From Pseudonocardiaceae bacterium (GTDB taxonomy: Bacteria > Actinomycetota > Actinomycetes > Mycobacteriales > Pseudonocardiaceae): a stretch of DNA of 64,000 nt. Position 1 is the stretch's first letter, and each line of letters begins with the position of its first letter. The notes below the pieces were generated by a model. That model was not told where the DNA came from. It did no database searches and worked only from the letters and a program-made list of their open reading frames with translations. The position numbers and the translations under genes are program-made. This document shows, in pieces, positions 25,606 through 35,715 of the stretch. The stretch covers positions 13,589 to 77,588 of the forward strand of contig JBOHFG010000101.1 in NCBI GenBank assembly GCA_050699575.1, in the 5' to 3' direction.

Positions 25606-27266
25606 TGAGCGGGGTTGTGGCGGGGTGGTTGCAGGCGGGTTTGTTGGTGGTGGCTTTGGTGGTGACCTACCGACCGTTGGGTGATTATATAGCGCACGTT
25701 TTTACCGCACCGAGGCATTGGCGCGTCGAGCGGTTTCTGTACCGGGTGATGGGGGTTGACGGCGACGCCGACCAGCGGTGGTCGACGTATGTGCGCAGCC
25801 TGCTGGCGTTCTCCGGGGTCTCGGTGTTGTTCCTGTACGGGTTTCAGCGGCTGCAGCACCACTTGCTGCTGTCGTTGGATTTCGGAGCGGTGAACTCCGA
25901 CCAGGCGTTCAACACCGCTGCCTCGTTTGTGACAAACACGAACTGGCAGTCGTATTCTGGTGAGTCCACGATGGGTCACCTGGTGCAGATGGCCGGGTTG
26001 GCGGTCCAAAACTTCGGGTCGGCGGCGGTAGGCATCGCCGTCGTGATTGCTCTGATTCGCGGTTTCACTCGCTCGCAGACCGACCGGGTGGGCAACTTCT
26101 GGGTGGACTTGACTCGGGGCAGTCTTCGGCTGCTGTTGCCGATCGCCGTCGTATTCGCGGTGGTGCTGGTGGCGGGTGGGGTGGTGCAGAACTTCGCCGG
26201 CCCGCAGGACGTCACCACGTTGGCCGGTGCGCATCAGTTCATCCCGGGTGGTCCGGTGGCCTCCCAGGAAGCCATCAAGGAACTGGGCACCAATGGGGGA
26301 GGGTTTTTCAACGCGAACTCTGCTCATCCGTTGGAGAACCCGAACCCGTTGACCAACTTGGTGGAGATCTACCTGCTGTTGGTGATCTCGTTCGCACTGC
26401 CGCGCACGTTCGGCGCGATGGTGGGTGACCACCGCCAGGGATATGCGGTGGTGGGCGTGATGGCGGTCCTCTGGGCCGGGTCCACCGCGGCACTGAGCTA
26501 CCTCGAGTCCGGCGCGCACAGCCCGGCGGCGATGGCCGCGGGTGCGGCGTTGGAGGGCAAGGAGGTGCGTTTCGGGTCACCGGCGTCGGCGCTGTTCGCC
26601 TCGTCGACGACGTTGACCTCCACCGGCGCGGTGAACACCGCGCATGACTCCCTGACTCCGTTCGGTGGCGGGATCACCCTGGTCAACATGATGCTGGGGG
26701 AGATAGCGCCGGGTGGGACGGGCTCGGGATTGTACGGCATGTTGATCCTGGCGGTGGTGTCGGTGTTTGTGGCCGGGCTGATGGTCGGGCGCACGCCGGA
26801 GTACCTGCAGAAGAAGATCCAGGCCCGGGAGATCACGCTCGCCTCGCTGTACATCTTGACCACGCCGACTCTTGCCCTGGCCGGCACGGCCGTGGCGATC
26901 GCGCTGGCCGGGGAGCGGGCGTCGATCGCCAACCCCGGCCCGCACGGCCTGTCCGAGGTGCTGTACGCGTTCACCTCGGCGAGTAACAACAACGGTTCCG
27001 CGTTCGGCGGCCTGGCGGTGAACACCGTGTGGTACAACTCGGTGCTCGGCGTGGTGATGTTGCTCAGCCGATTCGTTCCGATGATCTTCGTGTTGGCGCT
27101 GGCCGGATCGCTGGCGCGGCAGCGACAGGTCCCGGCCTCAGCCGGCACGTTGCCCACCCACCGGCCGCTGTTCGCCGCGCTGCTGCTGGGTGTGATCTTC
27201 ATTGTGGTGGGTCTCACCTACTTCCCGGCGCTGGCGCTGGGCCCGATCGCGGAGGGGTTGCGGTGA
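25605..27266 (+). CDS. kdpA: K+-transporting ATPase subunit A
   Basis: 553-aa polytopic protein with '[10 protein letters not shown]', '[15 protein letters not shown]' and 'NNGSAFGG' selectivity-filter-like motifs. Sits in kdp operon context. Confidence 0.95.
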   Translation: MSGVVAGWLQAGLLVVALVVTYRPLGDYIAHVFTAPRHWRVERFLYRVMGVDGDADQRWSTYVRSLLAFSGVSVLFLYGFQRLQHHLLLSLDFGAVNSDQAFNTAASFVTNTNWQSYSGESTMGHLVQMAGLAVQNFGSAAVGIAVVIALIRGFTRSQTDRVGNFWVDLTRGSLRLLLPIAVVFAVVLVAGGVVQNFAGPQDVTTLAGAHQFIPGGPVASQEAIKELGTNGGGFFNANSAHPLENPNPLTNLVEIYLLLVISFALPRTFGAMVGDHRQGYAVVGVMAVLWAGSTAALSYLESGAHSPAAMAAGAALEGKEVRFGSPASALFASSTTLTSTGAVNTAHDSLTPFGGGITLVNMMLGEIAPGGTGSGLYGMLILAVVSVFVAGLMVGRTPEYLQKKIQAREITLASLYILTTPTLALAGTAVAIALAGERASIANPGPHGLSEVLYAFTSASNNNGSAFGGLAVNTVWYNSVLGVVMLLSRFVPMIFVLALAGSLARQRQVPASAGTLPTHRPLFAALLLGVIFIVVGLTYFPALALGPIAEGLR

Positions 27267-29284
27267 TGCGCTGTATCCCGGACGCGCTGCGCAAGCTCGA
27301 TCCCCGGGTTCAGTTCCGCAACCCGGTCATGTTCGTGGTCGAGGTCGGCAGCGCACTGACCACGCTGTCGGCCATTCGCAGCCCCAGCGTGTTTGCCTGG
27401 GTGATCGCGGTGTGGTTGTGGCTCACGGTGGTATTCGCCAACCTCGCCGAGGCGGTCGCCGAGGGCCGAGGCAAGGCCCAGGCCGAGACCCTGCGCCGCA
27501 CCCGACGTGAGACCACGGCGCGACGCCTGGTCGGCTGGCGTCCCGACGAACCGGGCCGGGCCGTCGAGGAGGAGGTCCCGGGCGCGGCGCTGCGGCTGGG
27601 TGACCACGTGGTCGTGGTGGCCGGGCAGATCATCCCCGGTGACGGTGATGTCGTAGCGGGTATCGCCAGCGTGGACGAGTCGGCCATCACCGGCGAGTCC
27701 GCTCCGGTGATCCGCGAGTCTGGCGGTGACCGTTGCGCGGTCACCGGAGGCACCACGGTGCTCTCCGACCGCATCGTGGTGCGGATCACATCCCGGCCGG
27801 GAGAGACCTTCATCGACCGCATGATCGCGCTGGTAGAGGGCGCGGCGCGGCGCAAGACGCCCAACGAGATCGCGCTGAACATCCTGCTGGCCTCGTTGAC
27901 CATCATTTTCCTGCTCGCGGTGGTCACCTTGCAGCCGATGGCCCGCTATTCCGGGGCCGAGCAGAGTATCGTCGTCCTGGTCGCCCTGCTGGTTGCGCTC
28001 ATTCCCACCACCATCGGCGCCCTGCTGTCGGCCATCGGCATCGCGGGCATGGACCGGTTGGTGCAGCGCAACGTGCTGGCGATGTCGGGTCGCGCGGTGG
28101 AAGCCGCCGGCGACGTCACCACCCTGTTGCTGGACAAGACTGGCACGATCACCCTGGGCAACCGGCAGGCCACCGAGTTCGTGCCCCTGCCCGGGGTGAC
28201 GTCCGATCAGCTCGCTGACGCCGCGCAGCTGGCCAGCCTCGTTGACGAGACCCCGGAGGGCCGCAGCATCGTGGTGCTGGCCACCTCCGCCCACCGCCTG
28301 CCGGAACGCCCCACAAGTGAGCTCACCGGCGCCACGTTCGTGGAGTTCACCGCCCAGACCAGGATGAGCGGGGTGGACTTGGCCGATGACCACCAGGTCC
28401 GCAAGGGAGCCGCGAGCGCGGTGCGAGAGTGGATCCACGGACACGGCGGCGGCCCGACCCCCGAGCTGACCGGGGTGGTCGACGCGATCTCCGCTTCCGG
28501 GGGCACCCCGCTGGTCGTGGCCCAGCGGCTCAACGGTACCGCCCGGGCGTTGGGTGTGGTCCACCTCAAGGACGTTGTCAAAGCCGGCATTGCCGAACGG
28601 TTCGCCGAGCTCCGCGCCATGGGCATCCGCACCATCATGATCACCGGAGACAACCCGCGCACCGCGAGAGCGATCGCCGAGGAGGCCGGTGTCGATGACT
28701 TCCTCGCCGAAGCCACCCCCGAGGACAAGATGGAGTTGATCATCAGAGAGCAGCAGGGCGGCAAACTCGTCGCGATGACCGGGGATGGTACCAACGATGC
28801 CCCGGCGCTGGCCCAGGCCGACGTCGGGGTGGCGATGAATACCGGCACCTCGGCGGCCAAAGAAGCCGGCAACATGGTGGATCTGGACTCCAACCCGACC
28901 AAGCTCATCGAGATCGTCCAGATCGGCAAGCAACTGCTCATCACCCGAGGCGCGTTGACCACCTTCTCGATTGCCAACGACGTCGCCAAGTACTTCGCGA
29001 TCATCCCGGCCATGTTCGTCTCGGTCTACCCTGGGCTCGGCCAGTTGAACATCATGAGTCTGCACAGCCCGACCTCGGCGATCACCTCGGCGGTCATCTT
29101 CAACGCGTTGATCATCGTGGCGTTGATCCCGCTGGCCCTGCGAGGGGTCCGCCACCGCCCGTCGTCGGCCTCGACGCTGCTGCGCCGCAACCTGCTGATC
29201 TACGGGGTGGGCGGGTTCATCCTGCCCTTCATCGGGATCAAGCTGATCGACCTGATCATCCAGTTCATTCCCGGAATCGGGTGA
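27266..29284 (+). CDS. kdpB: K+-transporting P-type ATPase subunit B
   Basis: '[11 protein letters not shown]' phosphorylation motif, '[18 protein letters not shown]' and 'TGESAPV'. The ATG at 27266 overlaps the kdpA stop. The track ORF start at 27029 is an upstream extension. Confidence 0.95.
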   Translation: MRCIPDALRKLDPRVQFRNPVMFVVEVGSALTTLSAIRSPSVFAWVIAVWLWLTVVFANLAEAVAEGRGKAQAETLRRTRRETTARRLVGWRPDEPGRAVEEEVPGAALRLGDHVVVVAGQIIPGDGDVVAGIASVDESAITGESAPVIRESGGDRCAVTGGTTVLSDRIVVRITSRPGETFIDRMIALVEGAARRKTPNEIALNILLASLTIIFLLAVVTLQPMARYSGAEQSIVVLVALLVALIPTTIGALLSAIGIAGMDRLVQRNVLAMSGRAVEAAGDVTTLLLDKTGTITLGNRQATEFVPLPGVTSDQLADAAQLASLVDETPEGRSIVVLATSAHRLPERPTSELTGATFVEFTAQTRMSGVDLADDHQVRKGAASAVREWIHGHGGGPTPELTGVVDAISASGGTPLVVAQRLNGTARALGVVHLKDVVKAGIAERFAELRAMGIRTIMITGDNPRTARAIAEEAGVDDFLAEATPEDKMELIIREQQGGKLVAMTGDGTNDAPALAQADVGVAMNTGTSAAKEAGNMVDLDSNPTKLIEIVQIGKQLLITRGALTTFSIANDVAKYFAIIPAMFVSVYPGLGQLNIMSLHSPTSAITSAVIFNALIIVALIPLALRGVRHRPSSASTLLRRNLLIYGVGGFILPFIGIKLIDLIIQFIPGIG

Positions 29285-29895
29285 CAATTATGATCATCGC
29301 AACCCGCCTGCCCACCCCGGTCCGCCAGCACCTCGCCGCGCTCCGGGTGCTGCTGGTGCTCACCGTTATCGTCGGCATTGTCTACCCTCTGGCCATCACC
29401 GGCATCGCCCAGCTCATCTTGCCGGGACAGGCCAACGGCTCCCTCGTGCACTACGCCGGCCGCCCGGTGGGTTCCAGCCTGCTCGGCCAGCCGTTCGTCG
29501 ATGCCCAGGGCAACCCCCTACCGCAGTGGTTTCAACCCCGCCCGTCTGCCGCTGCCGGCCCGTCGAGCTCTGCCGCGTCCAACCTGGGACCCACGAACAC
29601 TGACCTGATCAAGAAGATCAACGACCGGCGCGCCGCGACCGCCGCCTTCGATGGCGTCGCCCCGGGCGACGTTGCGCCGGATGCGGTCACCGCCAGCGCC
29701 TCGGGCCTGGACCCCGACATCTCACCGGCCTACGCCGACGAGCAGGTCAACCGGGTTGCCCACGCTCGCGGCCTCGACCCGGCAGCGGTCCAGGCGCTCG
29801 TGACCGACCACATCCAGCACCGGATTCTCGGGATCCTGGGCGAACCCCGGGTGAACGTGGTCGAGCTGAACCTGGCACTCGGCGGTGCCAGATGA
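29281..29895 (+). CDS. kdpC: K+-transporting ATPase subunit C
   Basis: 204 aa with an N-terminal TM, then 'GSSLLGQPF', 'SNLGPTN' and '[13 protein letters not shown]' KdpC motifs. Overlaps both kdpB and kdpE. Confidence 0.9.
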   Translation: MTIMIIATRLPTPVRQHLAALRVLLVLTVIVGIVYPLAITGIAQLILPGQANGSLVHYAGRPVGSSLLGQPFVDAQGNPLPQWFQPRPSAAAGPSSSAASNLGPTNTDLIKKINDRRAATAAFDGVAPGDVAPDAVTASASGLDPDISPAYADEQVNRVAHARGLDPAAVQALVTDHIQHRILGILGEPRVNVVELNLALGGAR

Positions 29896-30590
29896 CCATG
29901 GCTCGGGTGCTCATCGTCGATGATGAACCTCAGCTGCTGCGGGCGCTGAGCATCGACCTGCGCGGTCGGCACTACGAGGTGGATACCGCCACCACCGGAT
30001 CCACCGCGCTGGCGGCCGCCGCCCGCACGCCGCCCGACCTGGTGATCCTCGACCTGGGGCTGCCCGACTTCGGGGGCATCGAGGTCATCTGCGGGCTCCG
30101 TGGCTGGACCAACGTGCCGATCATCGTGCTGTCCGGCCGTACCGGCTCCGCGGACAAGATCGGCGCGTTGGACCGGGGGGCCGACGACTACGTCACCAAG
30201 CCCTTCTCCCTGGACGAGCTGCACGCCCGGATCCGGGCTGCCCTGCGCCGGCACGACAACCCCGAACCGGTGACGAGGTACCCCATCGGGGATTGGGTGG
30301 TGGACCTCACGACGCACACCGTCAGCCGTCCCGAAGCGTCCCCGACCGGCGCGGATACGGTGCACCTGACCCGCACCGAGTGGCACCTGCTGGAGGTGTT
30401 GCTGCGCAACGCCGGGAAACTGGTCGACTCCCGGCAACTGCTGGCCCAGGTGTGGGGGCCGGGCTATCAGCGCGAGACCAATTACCTGCGGTTCTACCTG
30501 TCCCGGTTGCGCGGCAAGCTGGAACCCGAGCCCTCGCGCCCCCGGCACCTGCTCACCGAACCGGGCTATGGCTACCGGTACCGGCCCTGA
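29892..30590 (+). CDS. kdpE: OmpR-family response regulator KdpE
   Basis: Receiver 'VLIVDDEPQ...DLVILDLGLPD' plus a winged helix 'LTRTEWHLLEVLLRNAGKLVDSRQLL...YLRFYLSRLRGKLE...GYGYRY'. Sits directly after kdpC (ATGA overlap). Confidence 0.9.
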   Translation: MTMARVLIVDDEPQLLRALSIDLRGRHYEVDTATTGSTALAAAARTPPDLVILDLGLPDFGGIEVICGLRGWTNVPIIVLSGRTGSADKIGALDRGADDYVTKPFSLDELHARIRAALRRHDNPEPVTRYPIGDWVVDLTTHTVSRPEASPTGADTVHLTRTEWHLLEVLLRNAGKLVDSRQLLAQVWGPGYQRETNYLRFYLSRLRGKLEPEPSRPRHLLTEPGYGYRYRP

Positions 30591-30591
30591 G

Positions 30592-33159
30592 ATGTCGGGG
30601 TTAGCGGGGATGACGGGTCGACGGGGGCAGCTGCGGGTGTACCTGGGTGCTGCACCAGGGGTGGGGAAGACCTTCGCCATGCTCGGTGAGGGCCACCGTC
30701 GGGCCGAGCGAGGCACCGACGTGGTGGCGGGCTTTGTCGAGTGCCATGGCCGGCGGCGCACCGAGGAGCAGCTCGCCGGGCTGGAGATCGTGCCCCGGGT
30801 GCGCCGCGCATACCGGGATATCGAGCTCACCGAGCTGGATCTCGATGCCGTGCTGGCGCGTCGACCGCAGGTGGCGCTGGTCGACGAGCTGGCCCACACC
30901 AACGTCCCCGGCGGCCGGCACACTAAGCGGTGGCAGGACATCGAGGAGCTCCTCGAGGCCGGCATCACCGTCATCACCACCGTCAACATCCAGCATCTGG
31001 AGTCGCTCAACGACGTGGTGGCGCGGATCACCGGCATTCCCCAGCGAGAGACGGTGCCCGATGCCGTGGTTCGGGCCGCTGACCAGATCGAGTTGGTCGA
31101 CTCCACTCCCGAGGCGCTGCGCCGGCGGATGGCCCACGGCAACATCTACGCCCCGGACCGGGTGGATGCCGCCCTGGCCAACTACTTCCGCACCGGTAAC
31201 CTCACCGCGTTGCGGGAGCTGGCCCTGCTCTGGCTGGCCGACCAGGTCGAGGAGGGGTTGCAGCGCTACCGCAACCAGCACCAGATCTCTGATACCTGGG
31301 AGATCAGGGAACGTGTCGTGGTGGCCCTGACCGGCGGCCCGGAAGGCGCCACCTTGATCCGGCGGGCGGCTCGGATCGCCGTGCGCACCGGCGCCGGAGA
31401 CCTCCTCGCGGTGCACGTCACCTCCAGCGATGGGCTGGCAGGTTCCTCGCAAACCGCGCTTGCTGAGCAGAAACAGCTGGTGGAGTCCCTCGGCGGCACG
31501 TACCACACCGTCATCGGCGACGACATCCCCACCGCCTTGCTGGACTTCGCGCGGGCCGAGAACACCACCCAGCTCGTCCTCGGCGTCAGCCGCCGCAACC
31601 GCCTCACCCAGCTGCTCACCGGCGCGGGGATCGGCGCGACCGTGACGCGTCTGTCCGGTGACATCGACGTGCACCTGGTCACCCACGAGCGAGCCGCCCA
31701 CGGACGCCGGCTGCCCGTGCTGCGCGGTGCGCTGTCTCTGCGCCGGCGCCTTGCGGGCGGGCTTACCGCCGTGGTGGCGCTCCCGCTGCTCACCGTCGGG
31801 CTCGCCCATTTACGGGCCGGCCTCAGCCTGCCCAGCCAGATCCTGTGCTACCTCGTCACGGTCGTCACCGTCGCCCTCATCGGCGGCCTGTACCCGGCGC
31901 TGGTGGCCGCACTCACCGCGTCCCTGCTGATCAACTACTACTTCACCCCGCCGCTGTACAGCTTCACCATCGCCCAGTCCACCAACATCGTGGCGCTCGC
32001 CGTTTTTCTCGTCGTGGCCGCCGCCGTCAGCTCCGTGGTCGACCTTGCAGCCCGCCGCACCCGTCAAGCCGCCCGCGCCACCGCCGAAGCAGAAACCCTG
32101 TTAGCGCTGGCCAGCAGCGTGCTCCACGGCGATAACGCGCTGCTTACCCTGCTCGGCACGTTACGGGAAACCTTCGGTATGGACTCCGCCGCGCTGCTGC
32201 ACCGCGACGTGGACACCCCCATCCCCGGCGAAGCCGGCGCGTGGAGTGTCGTCGCCTGCTCCGGGCTCAACCCCTGTGCCTCTCCCGACGCCGCGGACAT
32301 CACCGTCCCGGCCGGACAGACCGCCGTGCTGGCCCTGCGCGGACGGGCCCTGCCCGCCGCTGACCAGCGGGTGCTGGCCGCCTTCGCCGCCCGCGCGGCC
32401 ACCGCTCTGGAACAGCGGCGGCTCAGCGATACAGCCGCCCAAGCCGCCCCGCTCGCCGAGGTCGACCGGTTCCGCACCGCGCTGCTCGCCGCGGTCAGCC
32501 ACGACCTGCGCACCCCACTCGCCTCGGCCAAAGCCGCCCTGAGCAGCCTGCGCGATCCAAATATCACCTGGTCAGTCGAGGACGAGGGCGAACTGCTCGC
32601 CACCGCCGAGGAGTCCCTCGACCGGCTCATCACGCTGGTCACCAACCTGCTGGACACCAGCCGGCTGCAGACCGGCGCGCTGCCCATGCTCCGTTGCTCG
32701 TTGGCACTCGAGGAGGTCATCCCGCTCGCCCTGGACGATCTCGACGCCCACACTCAGGCCGTCCAGCTCGAGGTGCCCAGCGACCTCCCCGAGGTGATCG
32801 CCGATCCTGGTCTGCTCCAGCGGGTCATCGTCAACCTGGTCACCAATGCGATCCAGCACACCCCGCCGGCCACCCCGGTGCTGATCACCGCCAGCGCGCT
32901 CGGCGACCGGGTCGAGCTCCGCGTCATCGACCGCGGACCAGGCGTTCCACCTGAGGCCTGGGACACCATCTTCGTCCCGTTCCAGCGGCTCGGGGACCGC
33001 GACAACACCGCCGGCGTCGGCCTCGGCCTCGCACTGTCCCGCGGGCTGGCCGAAGCCATGCACGGCAGCCTCACCCCCGAGGAAACCCCTGGCGGCGGCC
33101 TCACCATGGTCCTCACCCTCGGTGTCACGCGTCCAGGCAACCTCAACCCAGCGGAGTAG
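30592..33159 (+). CDS. kdpD: Sensor histidine kinase KdpD
   Basis: KdpD N-terminal 'GAAPGVGKTFAML', a USP-like region, TM block, HisKA 'SHDLRTPL' and the HATPase 'DRGPGVP...GVGLGLAL'. The start is ambiguous (ATG 30568, 30592 or 30610). Confidence 0.9.
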   Translation: MSGLAGMTGRRGQLRVYLGAAPGVGKTFAMLGEGHRRAERGTDVVAGFVECHGRRRTEEQLAGLEIVPRVRRAYRDIELTELDLDAVLARRPQVALVDELAHTNVPGGRHTKRWQDIEELLEAGITVITTVNIQHLESLNDVVARITGIPQRETVPDAVVRAADQIELVDSTPEALRRRMAHGNIYAPDRVDAALANYFRTGNLTALRELALLWLADQVEEGLQRYRNQHQISDTWEIRERVVVALTGGPEGATLIRRAARIAVRTGAGDLLAVHVTSSDGLAGSSQTALAEQKQLVESLGGTYHTVIGDDIPTALLDFARAENTTQLVLGVSRRNRLTQLLTGAGIGATVTRLSGDIDVHLVTHERAAHGRRLPVLRGALSLRRRLAGGLTAVVALPLLTVGLAHLRAGLSLPSQILCYLVTVVTVALIGGLYPALVAALTASLLINYYFTPPLYSFTIAQSTNIVALAVFLVVAAAVSSVVDLAARRTRQAARATAEAETLLALASSVLHGDNALLTLLGTLRETFGMDSAALLHRDVDTPIPGEAGAWSVVACSGLNPCASPDAADITVPAGQTAVLALRGRALPAADQRVLAAFAARAATALEQRRLSDTAAQAAPLAEVDRFRTALLAAVSHDLRTPLASAKAALSSLRDPNITWSVEDEGELLATAEESLDRLITLVTNLLDTSRLQTGALPMLRCSLALEEVIPLALDDLDAHTQAVQLEVPSDLPEVIADPGLLQRVIVNLVTNAIQHTPPATPVLITASALGDRVELRVIDRGPGVPPEAWDTIFVPFQRLGDRDNTAGVGLGLALSRGLAEAMHGSLTPEETPGGGLTMVLTLGVTRPGNLNPAE

Positions 33160-33180
33160 CCGCTACTGTGACGGCAGCTA

Positions 33181-33411
33181 TCAACAGCCGTCTTTGTCGA
33201 AGGGAAACCGCAGCGACCGCATCGCTGCCTCATCGCGCTGGGTAGCCGGACGCTGGTGTTCCGCAGCTTCGTGAACCGCGTGGGGGAACAGATCTCGGGA
33301 CGGTCGCGTCACTGGCCGCACGTCAGTGACGTCCAGCTCTCGCTCATCTGTCTGCCCAGCCGCGCGGAACAACCCGTCGTCCTGGTTGTGCGGTGTTACG
33401 TGATCAGTCAA
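33181..33411 (-). CDS. Hypothetical small protein
   Basis: 76-aa ORF with moderately coding-like GC3. No motif recognised. Confidence 0.3.
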   Translation of the reverse strand: MTDHVTPHNQDDGLFRAAGQTDERELDVTDVRPVTRPSRDLFPHAVHEAAEHQRPATQRDEAAMRSLRFPFDKDGC

Positions 33412-34103
33412 GGTGTGCCTTTCCTCTAGTTGTGGGTGGTGAGCGACGCTTCAGGTCAGCACAGGTATCAGGCTGCCCTCGGACGTCACCCAGCGCACCC
33501 CGCACGCCCACGTCGCGATCCGATCACAAGGCCCATCCGCATCTGCATAGTCGCAGAATCTTTGCCCTGTGGGGTCAACGCCACCGCGAGGATGTGGATC
33601 TGTGTTCGGAATCTGGGCGGTCGAACGTGAGTTCTCGATCGCCAGTCACACGGCCTCGTCCTAAAATTCGGGACTGAAGTTTACGATATTTTCGGAGAAT
33701 TCCCATCGCCCCCTTCGCATCCTATCCTAGTCGGGTCGTGGTCCGTGAACAACGGGGTGTCTCAGTTCTCGTCGCAGGCGAGATCATCAGCCGACCGGAT
33801 TGGCTGCGCACCTGCTCGGCGGAGGGCCCCTCGGGAGAGACGTGTGGCTCAATGTCACGAGAGTAGTGGGCCCGAACTTCGGGCGTGTGTCGACACACGC
33901 TGGCGTGAGTCACCTATGCTTACAGTGTGACACCTGCGCAGTATCCCCTCGTGGTGAGGTTACCGTCAATGAGCAGGGTCGTGCTGGATACCGCGGACGC
34001 CGTCTGGGCCGACCTCGACGTCGATATCTCCGGGCAGCTCGTCCGCTGACCCCGCACAAGTCATTCTGGCGCCGCACCCGCCGACCAAGGTAGGGGGTAG
34101 CTC

Positions 34104-34481
34104 ATGGAGGTCGGGCTTACTGTGGTGGGGGACCATGCGACCGCCGGGATGCGGTCGCTGGAGGCGTGGCTGGCGAGTCACGATGAGCTGCGGGGGAGGG
34201 TGCGGCCGGTGGTCACAGTCCCGCAGCCCGGCACGATGGGGTCGGTGGCCGATGTGCTCATGGTCGCTCTTGGGCAAGGCGGGGTGGCGACCGCAGTGGC
34301 CAGTGTGTTGATTTCCTGGATCCGGCGCCAAAGTGGGAAGGTGTCGGTGAATGTGACCCACCCCGACGGCTCGCAGATCACTCTCAGTGCTGATCACGTT
34401 CGGGGATTGACCACTGAGGAGGTCCGCTCGGTGATCACCCAGCTTGAGGCGACGCTGGACGGCACTGGTGTGGGAAAATAG
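34104..34481 (+). CDS. EACC1-like protein (effector-associated constant component 1 of NTP-dependent conflict systems)
   Basis: 125 aa. 'LRSLEAWLASHDELRGRVRPV...PGTMGSVADVLMVAL' is followed by a hydrophobic segment 'GGVATAVASVLISWI' and then 'VSVNVTHPDGSQITLSAD'. This matches my recollection of the EACC1 family, and it lies directly upstream of a caspase-like gene, as expected for that family. Confidence 0.55.
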   Translation: MEVGLTVVGDHATAGMRSLEAWLASHDELRGRVRPVVTVPQPGTMGSVADVLMVALGQGGVATAVASVLISWIRRQSGKVSVNVTHPDGSQITLSADHVRGLTTEEVRSVITQLEATLDGTGVGK

Positions 34482-34487
34482 CCACGA

Positions 34488-35549
34488 ATGGGGGTACTGA
34501 CCGGCCCTGGTGTGCGCGTCCTGTTGGTGGGGACCGGCCAGCACACGGCTGGTTCGGAGCTCCCGGACCTACCGATGGTGTTCGCCACGGTCACCGACCT
34601 GGCCACTACCATGGTGGAGTGCTGCGGGGCACAACCTGGCCAGGTGCACACGCTGGTCGACCCAGCGCACCCGCTGATGCTCGGCCGGGTGCTGACCGCA
34701 GCTGTGGCAGCAGCCGAGGATGTGCTGGTGGTCTGTTACCTGGGGCACGGCCTGCTTGACGTTCGCGGTGAACTGTACTTGGCGACCCAGGCCACCGACC
34801 ACCTGCGTGACGGGCTGGGCTACACGGCCCTGCCGTATGCGACGTTGCAGGCAGAGCTGGCCAACAGCCGGGCGCGGTCGGTGATCGTGCTGCTCGATTG
34901 TTGTTTTTCCGGACGGGCCACCAGCTCGCCCCAACCGGCCGATTTCGGTGATTTCGCCGCCACCCGCTCCTCAGGTGGCTACCTGCTGGCCTCGGCTGCC
35001 CCGGAGGAATTGGCGCTTGCCCCGGCTGGGGAGCGCTATACGGCGTTCACCGGTGAGCTGGCGCTCGCACCTAACCCGGCGTACCAGCCATCGGCGCCCG
35101 GCAGACCCCGGCCGGCACTGCTGCGCGCCGGCCTGATCCCCGCGCTGGAAGAGCAGGGCCTGCCCGCCCTACCGGGGTCCCGGGACTGGCCGCGGGTGGT
35201 CCTGACCCCTGGGGCCCACCCGATCGCCACCCTGGCCAGCCGACTTTCCCCGCTGGCCGGCGACCCGACGGGCACCCTCGGTGCCCGATTGGCTGCTGAC
35301 CCGGCCGAGCTGAGCGCGGTGGCCGATGCGGTGCTGTCCCGCCACGCCCGACGTGAGCCGGCCACTGGCCGCCTGATCCTGGTGGTTGACCAGTTCGAAG
35401 AAGTGTTCACCCTCTGCGATGATCCCCAAGAACGGCGGGCATTCCTCGACGCGCTGAGCGCGGCCGCCGCGTCGACCGCGCTGGTGGTGCTGGGCCTGCG
35501 GGCTGATTTCTACGCCCAGTGCGCGGCTGAGCCCCCGTTGGGATGCTAA
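34488..35549 (+). pseudogene. Caspase-like (peptidase C14) domain fused to a decayed STAND NTPase (P-loop deleted, C-terminus truncated)
   Basis: Caspase dyad context 'VCYLGHG' (His) and 'VLLDCCFSG' (Cys). After 'FTGELA' the sequence jumps to 'LLRAGLIPALEE', which normally follows the GxxGxGKS P-loop; no Walker A is present. Walker B 'LILVVDQFEEVFT' is retained. The ORF stops in 'LRADFYAQCAAEPPLGC', with no sensor repeats. The caspase part might still be expressed. Confidence 0.6.
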
Positions 35550-35715
35550 GGGAGCTGATGGGATGATCGAGAATAGTGCGCTCGGCGAGTTCGACTGATC
35601 ACGACCAATGAGGGCTCCACCCGCCCCCCGGGTGGGGCCCTCGCATCGAGTGACGCAGTGGCCGCCCCGGGTGGTGATCGAGACCCGTCAGCAGCTCGCG
35701 GATTTATACCAGGTA

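Noticed and set aside
27218-29287. 689-aa antisense ORF opposite kdpB, and similar ones opposite kdpD (30601..31809), kdpA (25566..26519) and the FAD oxidoreductase (35546..36478)
   Set aside because: Same reasoning: they lie opposite strongly supported genes and have no recognisable domains.
33969-34049. 26-codon ORF (MSRVVLDTADAVWADLDVDISGQLVR) just upstream of the EACC1-like gene
   Set aside because: No RBS, no hydrophobic or other recognisable character, and no way to assess conservation here. It is mentioned only as something to check if the locus is studied.
33966-34544. 192-aa minus-strand ORF overlapping the EACC1-like gene
   Set aside because: Its translation is His/Pro/Arg/Gln-rich (HRPHRAGLRDCDHRPHPPPQ...) with no motif, whereas the plus-strand frame gives a family-like protein followed by its expected caspase partner.
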